Counted from the first letter of the stretch, positions 20,645-28,316 are shown. The stretch: 64,000 nt of DNA from Patescibacteria group bacterium (GCA_042569595.1 JBHPHI010000002.1:2590-66589); one strand, 5' to 3'. A program made the numbers and translations. The notes: generated by a model from the sequence alone, not told the origin.

Positions 20645-20806
20645 CTAACACAAGCCTGAGCGACAAGGCGCACACATGGTGTCACCAGGCTCAGCTTGTC
20701 GAGTACAACTCCCACATCCATGTGCTCCGCTTACGCAAACGCATGCTTGGGTGTTATTTTCGAAATTTGGTTTTTTGGTTGTATCAACTTCATCAGTTTC
20801 ATCCAT
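20645..20806 (-). CDS. Cys-rich microprotein with acidic N-terminus (53 aa)
   Basis: MDETDEVDTTKKPNFENNTQACVCVSGAHGCGSCTRQAEPGDTMCAPCRSGLC; GAGGAG SD at 20814-20819. Confidence 0.65.
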   Translation of the reverse strand: MDETDEVDTTKKPNFENNTQACVCVSGAHGCGSCTRQAEPGDTMCAPCRSGLC

Positions 20807-20855
20807 CAGATTTCTCCTCGGTCTAGTTTGAATACGACTGAATACAGTAATAGGG

Positions 20856-20897
20856 GTCTCAGGGAATGGTTGAACCAAGACCAAAGTCCCTGAGACC
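20856..20897. repeat. hairpin between the 15-aa ORF and the first microprotein gene
   Basis: GGTCTCAGGGA / TCCCTGAGACC 11-bp perfect inverted repeat (coordinates approximate to 1-2 nt). Confidence 0.7.
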
Positions 20898-20903
20898 TTG
20901 TTC

Positions 20904-20951
20904 CTAAAGGTGCAATTGACTTCTTGGCCATCTGCTTTTCACTACGCGCAT
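20904..20951 (-). CDS. putative 15-aa ORF MRVVKSRWPRSQLHL
   Basis: Near-perfect SD AAGGAGGTG 7 nt upstream of ATG, directly downstream of the tRNA-like element. Confidence 0.4.
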   Translation of the reverse strand: MRVVKSRWPRSQLHL

Positions 20952-20981
20952 TGGTTGACACCTCCTTTTATGGGATTTAGG

Positions 20982-21127
20982 TGCGGCTGTCAGGAATCGA
21001 ACCTGCACTGGGAGCTCATTACTATTTGAGTGTCTAATTAAGGTGGTTCAGGCCCACACTTAAATAGTAATTAACTTGTTCCCTAAGCGTTTCACAAACG
21101 CTCGCTTTACCACTTCGCCACAGCCGC
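20982..21127 (-). tRNA. tRNA-His(GTG)-like RNA with 79-nt variable region (long inserted hairpin)
   Basis: Acceptor GCGGCTG/CAGCCGC, D-arm TGGCGAAGTGGTAAAGC, anticodon arm AGCGT-TTGTGAA-ACGCT, T-arm GCAGG-TTCGATT-CCTGA; variable region 21007-21085; no G-1, A73, no encoded CCA. Confidence 0.75.
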
Positions 21128-21183
21128 ACACAACAATCAAAACTTAATTGCTTTGTGCGACTGTGAATATGTTAATGTGCAAT

Positions 21184-21208
21184 AAAAAACCTCCCTTGTT
21201 GGGAGGTC
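21184..21208 (-). terminator. intrinsic terminator of a leader attenuator
   Basis: GACCTCCC-AACAA-GGGAGGTT then T-run; GGAGGTTGT right after the leader stop can pair with ACGACCTCC (antiterminator). Confidence 0.75.
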
Positions 21209-21253
21209 GTTTGTGTTATTTTTTGTCTAAACTCTTTTACACCACAACCTCCG

Positions 21254-21313
21254 CTAGCTCTTAATAAGAGCAAAACGATTAATAAGTTGGTGGGTCTTGC
21301 TAGACAATTTCAT
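21254..21313 (-). CDS. putative leader peptide MKLSSKTHQLINRFALIKS (19 aa)
   Basis: Short ORF between a TG-TATGAT -10 box and the antiterminator/terminator; stop codon 1 nt before the antiterminator strand. Confidence 0.55.
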   Translation of the reverse strand: MKLSSKTHQLINRFALIKS

Positions 21314-21332
21314 TACGAAAGCATAATATCAT

Positions 21333-21347
21333 ACACATTTAATGTGT
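21333..21347. promoter_or_regulatory. palindrome ACACATT-T-AATGTGT in the divergent promoter region
   Basis: 7-1-7 perfect inverted repeat adjacent to the minus-strand TATGAT box. Confidence 0.45.
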
Positions 21348-21359
21348 TAAAGACTAAAA

Positions 21360-21388
21360 TTGACCATAAAGAATAAAAGAAGTAGAAT
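21360..21388 (+). promoter_or_regulatory. sigma70-type promoter of the aspS leader
   Basis: TTGACC-N17-TAGAAT. Confidence 0.65.
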
Positions 21389-21394
21389 CACAGT

Positions 21395-21545
21395 GAATTA
21401 AAAAACGATTGAGCTTGTTGACAGCGAGCGAGTTGGAGAGGGTAGCAACTCTTCCGGGTAAGCCCGTGACAGCAGGAACAAGTCCTCGTGTTGAGGAATT
21501 AGGTGGCACCACGCGACAGCGTCCTTTAGTCGGGTGGTTTTTTTG
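21395..21545 (+). promoter_or_regulatory. T-box riboswitch (Asp) upstream of aspS
   Basis: T-box AATTAGGTGGCACCACG at 21497-21513, antiterminator partner CGTCCT, terminator ACCAC-CGAC/GTCG-GTGGT plus T-run; GAC triplets at 21420 and 21468. Confidence 0.8.
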
Positions 21546-21568
21546 TAATTAAATAAGCAAAGGAAACT

Positions 21569-23440
21569 ATGAAAAGAACTCTTACAACAAAAACAAAAGA
21601 GTTGGTAGGAAAAAAAGTAAAACTTCAAGGCTGGGCAGATACCGTTAGAGATCATGGAAAAGTTGCCTTTATTGATTTGAGGGACAGGGCGGGAATCGTT
21701 CAGGTTGTCGGTGGCAAAGAATTGGGAAAACTGGGAGGAGAAGATGTTTTAGAAATATTGGGAGTGGTTAAAAAAAGACCTGACAATCTTGTTAATCCTA
21801 AAATTGAAACAGGCACAGTTGAAATAGAAGCAAAAGAAATAACTGTAATCACAAAATCAAAAGAACTTCCTATTCCAATAAACTCAGATGGATATGAAAT
21901 TGACGAAAAGATTAGAAACAAGTATCGCTACATTGATCTAAGAAGACAGAGAATGAACAAGAACATGAAAATTCGTTCAAAGGTTGTAAATTTTTTCAGA
22001 AATTATCTTATAGAAAATGAGGATTTTATAGAAGTTGAAACCCCAATGCTAACAAAATCTACTCCAGAAGGTGCAAGAGATTTTTTGGTTCCAAGCAGGC
22101 TACAGCACGGGAAATTTTATGCTCTTCCACAATCTCCACAACAATATAAACAATTACTGATGGTTGCAGGCCTTGAAAGATATTTTCAACTTGCAAAATG
22201 CTTCAGAGATGAAGATCCTAGGGCAGACAGGGCTTATGGAGAATTTACACAGCTAGATATAGAAATGTCTTTTGTTACCCAAGAAGATATTTTACAAATA
22301 ATTGAAAAAATGTTTACAAAACTTGTAAAAGAAATATTCCCAGAAAAACACATTAGTCAGTCTCCATGGCCAAGAATTCCCCACAAAGAAGCAATGGAAA
22401 AATACGGATCCGATAAGCCAGATCTTAGAAAAGACAAAAATGATCCAAATGAATTGGCATTTTCTTGGACAGTAGACTTCCCACTTTTTACTGAGCAGTC
22501 AGACGATGACTTTTTTCACGGCTCAGGTAGCGCAAAGTTTGCCCCAAGTCACCACATGTTTACATCTCCACGCCCAGAGGATATTGAGTTATTAGATAAG
22601 GACCCACTAAAAGTAAGAGGCCTGCAGCACGACTTAGTTTTAAACGGTTTTGAAGTAGGTGGTGGAAGCATTAGGATTCACGATCCAAAAATCCAAGAAA
22701 AAGTTTTTGAGTTGATAGGGTTTTCAGAGGAGCAGAAGAAAGAGTTTTCACACATGCTTGAAGCATTTACGTACGGCGTTCCTCCTCATGGAGGTATCGC
22801 TCCAGGAGTTGATAGGTTTGTATATGTAGCTTTAGGAGAGCCTAGTATCCGAGAAGTTATGGCTTTTCCTACTTCATCCTCAGGCGCTACGGCGGTAATG
22901 AGCGCTCCATCAGTGGTCGATCAAGATCAATTAGATGAGTTGGGAATTTCTACCTCAACAACTTCAGTTGATGAAAAAAAATCTCCATACGAAAATCTTG
23001 TAACTTACTTAAGTAAAAGAAAAATCAAATACAAAGAATTCGAACATAAACCCGTAAAAACTAGTGAAGAGGCTGCAAGGGAAAGGGGAACGGATCTCAA
23101 GCAAGGAGCAAAAGCTTTAGTGATGTATGCGGACAAAAATCCAGTAATGTTAGTTGTTTCTGCAGCAACAAAAGTAGACTTTAAATTATTTAAAAAGGCT
23201 TTTTCTGTAAAAGATCTACGTATGGCAACACCAGAGGAAGCATTAAAACTTACGGGGATTAAAATTGGAGCAATACATCCAATTGGAGTTTTATTTAATC
23301 TACCAACATATATTGATGAAAAGCTTTCTGAAAATGGTTCAGTTATTTTTAATGCAGGAGAACACACGAAATCATTTGAAATTAAATATAAAGATCTTGT
23401 ATTAGCAACACAACCAAACACAGAAAGCTTTACAAAATGA
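21569..23440 (+). CDS. aspS: aspartyl-tRNA synthetase (no GAD insert) fused to a C-terminal YbaK/ProX-like domain
   Basis: OB fold RDHGKVAFIDLRD, TPEGARDF, ALPQSPQQYKQ, CFRDED, PPHGGIAPGVDR; tail HKPVKTSEEAA...AKALV...GAIHPIG...NAG. Confidence 0.93.
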   Translation: MKRTLTTKTKELVGKKVKLQGWADTVRDHGKVAFIDLRDRAGIVQVVGGKELGKLGGEDVLEILGVVKKRPDNLVNPKIETGTVEIEAKEITVITKSKELPIPINSDGYEIDEKIRNKYRYIDLRRQRMNKNMKIRSKVVNFFRNYLIENEDFIEVETPMLTKSTPEGARDFLVPSRLQHGKFYALPQSPQQYKQLLMVAGLERYFQLAKCFRDEDPRADRAYGEFTQLDIEMSFVTQEDILQIIEKMFTKLVKEIFPEKHISQSPWPRIPHKEAMEKYGSDKPDLRKDKNDPNELAFSWTVDFPLFTEQSDDDFFHGSGSAKFAPSHHMFTSPRPEDIELLDKDPLKVRGLQHDLVLNGFEVGGGSIRIHDPKIQEKVFELIGFSEEQKKEFSHMLEAFTYGVPPHGGIAPGVDRFVYVALGEPSIREVMAFPTSSSGATAVMSAPSVVDQDQLDELGISTSTTSVDEKKSPYENLVTYLSKRKIKYKEFEHKPVKTSEEAARERGTDLKQGAKALVMYADKNPVMLVVSAATKVDFKLFKKAFSVKDLRMATPEEALKLTGIKIGAIHPIGVLFNLPTYIDEKLSENGSVIFNAGEHTKSFEIKYKDLVLATQPNTESFTK

Positions 23441-23452
23441 TACTGCATTAAA

Positions 23453-24367
23453 ATGCGACATACATACATAGGCCTAGGAATATTTGCGACAATTTTACTG
23501 TATTATCCTGGACATAACTCTTTTCAAACAAAGATAGTAAAAACTGGAGAGTCAAAAGTAAAAGGTGTAAATATTGAAATTGAGAAAAATGATCTTCCAA
23601 CAATCAGAAAAGACATAATTTATCCGGAAATTTCCGCAACTGCTGCAATCGCAATAGACCCTAAATCATCAGTAGTTCTTTTTGAAAAAAATTCCGATGT
23701 TAGAAAACTTCCAGCATCAACAACGAAAATAATGACAGCCCTAGTAGTATTAGATGAGTACGACTTAGGTGATGTAATAACAATTGGGAACGAAAATTTA
23801 TCAATTGGAAACAAAAGCTACTTAGTTCGTGGAGAAAGAATTACAGTAATCAATCTCCTATACGCACTTTTAGTCAGCTCAGGAAATGACGCAGCTCTCG
23901 CCCTTGCCCAAAACCACCCAAAAGGTTACAACTTTTTCATTAGTCAAATGAATCAAAAAGCAAAAGACTTGCACCTAAAAAATTCTAATTTTACAAATGT
24001 ATCTGGTCTTGAGCAGCCAAATCATTATATGTCCGCAAGAGACCTGGCAATTCTCACGAAAGAGGCTTTAAAAAACAACATAATCCTAGACGTTGTATCC
24101 ACAAAAAGAATATTTATAGAAAGTATTGAGGGGGATCAAGTTCACGTTCTGGAAAATACAAATGAACTTCTAGGGAAAATAGATGGCTTGATGGGAGTAA
24201 AAACTGGGTGGACTTTCAGGGCTGGGGAGTGCCTAGTTTCTTATATTGAGAGAGATGGTAGGGAGGCAATCTTGGTTATTCTTGAAAGCAATGATAGATT
24301 TGGTGAAAGTGAAAAGATAATCGATTGGATATATTCAAACTATGAATGGATATCATTCCCAATATAA
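23453..24367 (+). CDS. D-alanyl-D-alanine carboxypeptidase (S11)
   Basis: PASTTKIMT (SxxK), SGN, KTG. Confidence 0.92.
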   Translation: MRHTYIGLGIFATILLYYPGHNSFQTKIVKTGESKVKGVNIEIEKNDLPTIRKDIIYPEISATAAIAIDPKSSVVLFEKNSDVRKLPASTTKIMTALVVLDEYDLGDVITIGNENLSIGNKSYLVRGERITVINLLYALLVSSGNDAALALAQNHPKGYNFFISQMNQKAKDLHLKNSNFTNVSGLEQPNHYMSARDLAILTKEALKNNIILDVVSTKRIFIESIEGDQVHVLENTNELLGKIDGLMGVKTGWTFRAGECLVSYIERDGREAILVILESNDRFGESEKIIDWIYSNYEWISFPI

Positions 24368-25426
24368 TCATTCAATAAGTTCTTGAATCCACACAGGGTC
24401 GACAGCAGGAACTATAGCCTTAAATCCTTCATCTCCAGTGAAAATATATACCGGCTGTAGGTAGTTTTGAGGCTCATATGAGTCATAAAAACCTAATTTA
24501 GCCGATCGAACAGTAACACTCCCTTCATTTGGACTTGAGACAATATGTCCTCCTCCAGAAACAAGTTCCTCCCACGCAGATACACCAGCTTTTACGGGAT
24601 ACGTTTCAGCACTCTCGATATCTACAGGGAAATAATCATATTCTACTTGGGCCACTCGTTGACCTTGCTCTCGTGACCCAGAAAGAATGACTCGCACAAT
24701 TCCCTTATCCTCTGTTGTGGTAACATTTTCAAACCCTTCATCAATTTCGTTTCTAAATAGATCCACTTGCACAAAATCTGCCTCTGATAAACTTGACACA
24801 ACCTTAAAACCTTTCCCTTTTGCAGCTAAGAAGGTAACAATGTATCCACCTTCATCCATGTCTCTTTCTAGTAAGTCAGCCTTATTTAAATAGTTTCTAA
24901 CCTCACTTAAAGCTTGGCTTTCATTTGGTAAAAATTTCTGTTGTAAGAAATTTTTATTTTCGTACCAATCAAGTTTCATTTTAAAGTTGCCCGTAACGAT
25001 ATCATAATCAAGCCGTGACGGAATTGGAGTAGTTCTACTGAATCTATACAACCGCTCGTTTAAGGCTTCAGGTTCAAAAACAAATCCTAAACTTGCTGCT
25101 GTTTGAGTTCCTCTTTCAAGTCCTAAAAGGTTTGGTCTTGTAATAGGCATAAAATATACATTTGCTTTATCCATTGGAGTAGGTATTGTGCCACTTACAG
25201 TTTCGAGATGGTATTCAATTTCTGGCCTCTTTTGTTTTGGAAATTTCATAGGAGGTAGTTTTCCGTGACCTACTGTTGGAGGTGGGGGAGGAGGTGGGTT
25301 TAGTTCTTTGTATAAATTAATCGCAGCCCCTAAAACTATTCGACCAATTATCAAGACCACCAAACTAATCGATCCATATCGAATACCTTTTCTTGTGTAG
25401 TAAGCCACTTCCCATAATCTCGCCAT
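24368..25426 (-). CDS. hypothetical membrane-anchored protein with poly-Pro linker
   Basis: Start moved to MARLWEVAYYTRK (25426); TM helix then NPPPPPPPTVG. Confidence 0.7.
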   Translation of the reverse strand: MARLWEVAYYTRKGIRYGSISLVVLIIGRIVLGAAINLYKELNPPPPPPPTVGHGKLPPMKFPKQKRPEIEYHLETVSGTIPTPMDKANVYFMPITRPNLLGLERGTQTAASLGFVFEPEALNERLYRFSRTTPIPSRLDYDIVTGNFKMKLDWYENKNFLQQKFLPNESQALSEVRNYLNKADLLERDMDEGGYIVTFLAAKGKGFKVVSSLSEADFVQVDLFRNEIDEGFENVTTTEDKGIVRVILSGSREQGQRVAQVEYDYFPVDIESAETYPVKAGVSAWEELVSGGGHIVSSPNEGSVTVRSAKLGFYDSYEPQNYLQPVYIFTGDEGFKAIVPAVDPVWIQELIE

Positions 25427-25467
25427 ATGCTTTTGAGTATAGCTTTCCCCTCTGGTACAATCAAGAC

Positions 25468-26901
25468 ATGAACAAGACCAGAGTAAGAATCGCACCATCT
25501 CCAACTGGATACCCACACATTGGAACTATATTTCAGGCCCTTATTAATTTTTCTTATGCAAAAAAACACGAAGGAAAATTTATTGTAAGAATTGAGGATA
25601 CTGACAGGAGTAGGTTTGTAGAAGACGCAGAAGAAAAGATATTCGAAGCAATTGAGTGGTTTGATTTAATGCCCGACGAGAGCACAAAACATGGTGGCGA
25701 CTATGGTCCTTATAGACAATCAGAAAGACTTGATACATACAAACAATATGCAAATAAATTAATTGCCGAAGGAAATGCATACTATTGTTTTTGTTCAAAA
25801 GACAGGCTCGATGAAGTACGAAAAAACATGCAAAAAGATGGAAAACCACCAATGTACGACAAACATTGTAGAAATATTTCCAAAGAAGAGTCAAAAAAAA
25901 GATCTGAATCAGAAAATCATGTTATTCGTATGAAAATTCCAAGCGGAAAGAAAATTTCCTTTACGGATGAGATTAGGGGAAAAGTTGAGTTTGATAGTTC
26001 TGTTGTTGACGATCAAGTAATACTCAAGTCAGATGGATATCCAACATATCATCTTGCTGTTGTAGTAGATGATCACCTTATGAATATTAGTCATATTGTT
26101 AGAGGAGAGGAGTGGATTAGCTCCGCTCCAAAACATGTGCTTTTGTACGAATATTTGGGATGGAATGTTCCAAAAATTATTCACACACCAGCTCTTAGAA
26201 ATCCCGATAAAAGCAAACTCTCAAAAAGACATGGGCATGCCTCAGTAAGTTGGTACATAAAAAATGGATATCTAAAGGAAGCAATAATTAACTTTTTAAT
26301 TACGAGAGTTTGGAATCATCCGCAAAACAAAGAAATATTTGACATCGATGAAATAATAAAGCACTTTGATTTCAAAAATATGCACATTCAGGGGCCTATT
26401 GTAGATTTAGACAAGTTAAATTGGATAAACGGGCAATGGATTCGCAACATGAAAGACGAGGAACTTAAAGAGAGGCTGAACCCTTTTATTCCAAAAGATT
26501 TTTCTCACGATAATTTTTTTGAGATACTGCCTCTCATCAAGGATCGTTTAGTTACTTTATCAGAATTTGACTCTCTTACTCATTATTTTTATAAAAACCC
26601 ATCAGTCGACAAAAAACTAATCCTAAAAGAATCAAAGTCAAATGACTTAAAAATTTCTGATTATTTAAATCAATTAATAGAAACAATTTCTGACACACAA
26701 GAGTGGGACGCGAAAAGTCTTGAAAGTAAACTAAGAGATCTTCAGGAAAGAGTGGGATGGAAGCCAAGACCAGCCTTTATGTCTATAAGAATTGCAATTA
26801 CAGGAGAACTCCATACCCCCCCACTTTTTGACACAATGGTTGTTTTGGGGAAAGAAGAAGTAATTAAAAGACTGTCCAATGCAAAAAAAATCTTCGACTA
26901 A
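25468..26901 (+). CDS. gltX: glutamate--tRNA ligase
   Basis: RVRIAPSPTGYPHIG, RIEDTD, YRQSER, KLSKR; start ATG 25468. Confidence 0.96.
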   Translation: MNKTRVRIAPSPTGYPHIGTIFQALINFSYAKKHEGKFIVRIEDTDRSRFVEDAEEKIFEAIEWFDLMPDESTKHGGDYGPYRQSERLDTYKQYANKLIAEGNAYYCFCSKDRLDEVRKNMQKDGKPPMYDKHCRNISKEESKKRSESENHVIRMKIPSGKKISFTDEIRGKVEFDSSVVDDQVILKSDGYPTYHLAVVVDDHLMNISHIVRGEEWISSAPKHVLLYEYLGWNVPKIIHTPALRNPDKSKLSKRHGHASVSWYIKNGYLKEAIINFLITRVWNHPQNKEIFDIDEIIKHFDFKNMHIQGPIVDLDKLNWINGQWIRNMKDEELKERLNPFIPKDFSHDNFFEILPLIKDRLVTLSEFDSLTHYFYKNPSVDKKLILKESKSNDLKISDYLNQLIETISDTQEWDAKSLESKLRDLQERVGWKPRPAFMSIRIAITGELHTPPLFDTMVVLGKEEVIKRLSNAKKIFD

Positions 26902-27814
26902 GATTGATATTTCCTCAATCAAAAAAAACCTAGAAGAAAACAAAGATAAAGCCAAAAAATCTTTAAACGAAAAACATAAGATAGCCTCAAAATGGTTGAA
27001 AAGCAATAATATCGAGCTAAAAGATATTAGAAAAAAATCAAGAAAACTTTTTGCAGGAGCTTCACTCGCCGCTTCTTTATTACTTTCTCCACCTCCCGAT
27101 TCAGACATACTCACTCCCACAGAGATAAGAGACAAGCTTATTGATCACGGATACGTTGGCTCAAAAGAATTGGAAAACATTTTAGAGAAAAAATTATCAT
27201 CATTAGTTCCAAGTCAATCTGGTCATGCGGATCATGAAGACGAAAAAAAAATAAGCAAAATTATAAAAGAAGAACTAGGAATAAAAGCATACTCACAATA
27301 TGAAGGGCAAAAACTCAATCATTCAATAGGTTGGATGGGGTACGAGCAGCACCTAAAAAGATTTCCAGGAGATACTATCCATCAACACGACGAAAATCAG
27401 CAGGCAGGAATTGCTCCAGGACTTGGAGCTTGGGGATATTTTACATATTCAAAGTCAGAAATGACCAACCAAGACTACTTAAAGGAAAAGTACTATTTTG
27501 CTATTCAAACTCTGTATTTACCAAACTGGAACTCAGATTTATCTCATCTAGTGAAGTGGTACAAACACAGAAAAATGATCGCAATAAACCCTCAAAATGG
27601 GAAAGTTGTTGTGGGAGTAGCTGCAGATGCAGGTCCTGCTAAATTTACAGGCAAACACTTCGGAGGTTCCCCAGAAGTAATGCATCATCTAAATCTTATA
27701 TACGGAAAGAAAAAAGGAAAAGTAATTTTATATTTTGTTGATGACCCAAATGATGAAATTCCACTTGGGCCAGTAAGAAATAATTATCAAGTTGCTCAAA
27801 TAAAAGAAGGATAG
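26879..27814 (+). CDS. hypothetical protein
   Basis: 311-aa ORF overlapping the gltX end; W/G-rich core GIAPGLGAWG, ADAGPA, GGSPE. Confidence 0.75.
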   Translation: MQKKSSTKIDISSIKKNLEENKDKAKKSLNEKHKIASKWLKSNNIELKDIRKKSRKLFAGASLAASLLLSPPPDSDILTPTEIRDKLIDHGYVGSKELENILEKKLSSLVPSQSGHADHEDEKKISKIIKEELGIKAYSQYEGQKLNHSIGWMGYEQHLKRFPGDTIHQHDENQQAGIAPGLGAWGYFTYSKSEMTNQDYLKEKYYFAIQTLYLPNWNSDLSHLVKWYKHRKMIAINPQNGKVVVGVAADAGPAKFTGKHFGGSPEVMHHLNLIYGKKKGKVILYFVDDPNDEIPLGPVRNNYQVAQIKEG

Positions 27815-27887
27815 CATGAGTGTTTTTTACGATCTTCTTATTAACATTATTAATTTAAAATCAATAACATGAGCGTTTTTTACGATC
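27815..27887 (+). repeat. 20-bp direct repeat duplicating a gene start
   Basis: CATGAGTGTTTTTTACGATC (27815-27834) vs CATGAGCGTTTTTTACGATC (27868-27887). Confidence 0.8.
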
Positions 27888-28183
27888 ATATAATTCACAT
27901 TCACCACGTCCACTCCGAAGTAGAAACGCTTCCAACCACAGACAACCATAAACAAGAACTTATAGAGATAATAGAAGAAACAGTACACCACAAAATAATT
28001 CATAAAATATTAGACCATCTTCACACGGACCATCACGAGCTATTTTTAGAAAGATTTCATACGTACCCAAATGACGAAACAATCTTAGGCTATTTAAAAA
28101 AATATGTACCAGATATAGAACATCACATAAAAGAAGCCGCTGAAGAAGTTAAGTACGAATTGCTAAAATCTATCAGATACTAG
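27869..28183 (+). CDS. His-rich small hypothetical protein
   Basis: 104 aa with numerous His (HIIHIHHVH, ETVHHK, DHLHTDHHE). Confidence 0.75.
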   Translation: MSVFYDHIIHIHHVHSEVETLPTTDNHKQELIEIIEETVHHKIIHKILDHLHTDHHELFLERFHTYPNDETILGYLKKYVPDIEHHIKEAAEEVKYELLKSIRY

Positions 28184-28316
28184 TAATATCTGGTACAATA
28201 CCCACTGTTCGAGCTTTCAAGAAGTAATTTTCAAGAGGCAGAGGACCTTCGCTCATCGAAGATAGTTTAAGTTCGCAGGTAGTAGGATGAGTACAACTGC
28301 TTTAAGAAAGGACAGC

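Noticed and set aside
20632-20893. Plus-strand ORFs 20632-20826 and 20696-20893
   Set aside because: No SD and non-ATG starts; antisense to the SD-led Cys-rich ORFs.
20982-21127. tmRNA, tRNA-Sec or group I/II intron interpretation of the tRNA-like element
   Set aside because: It has a full anticodon arm (GTG, not TCA), lacks the Ala G3-U70 identity and a tag ORF, and the insert is a single ~74-nt hairpin, too small for a self-splicing intron.
21398-21655. 85-aa minus-strand ORF
   Set aside because: Antisense to the T-box leader and aspS start; shadow ORF.
25393-25516. Apparent overlap of gltX with the divergent gene
   Set aside because: Artefact of longest-ORF starts; true starts at 25468 (+) and 25426 (-) leave a 41-nt gap with -10 boxes.
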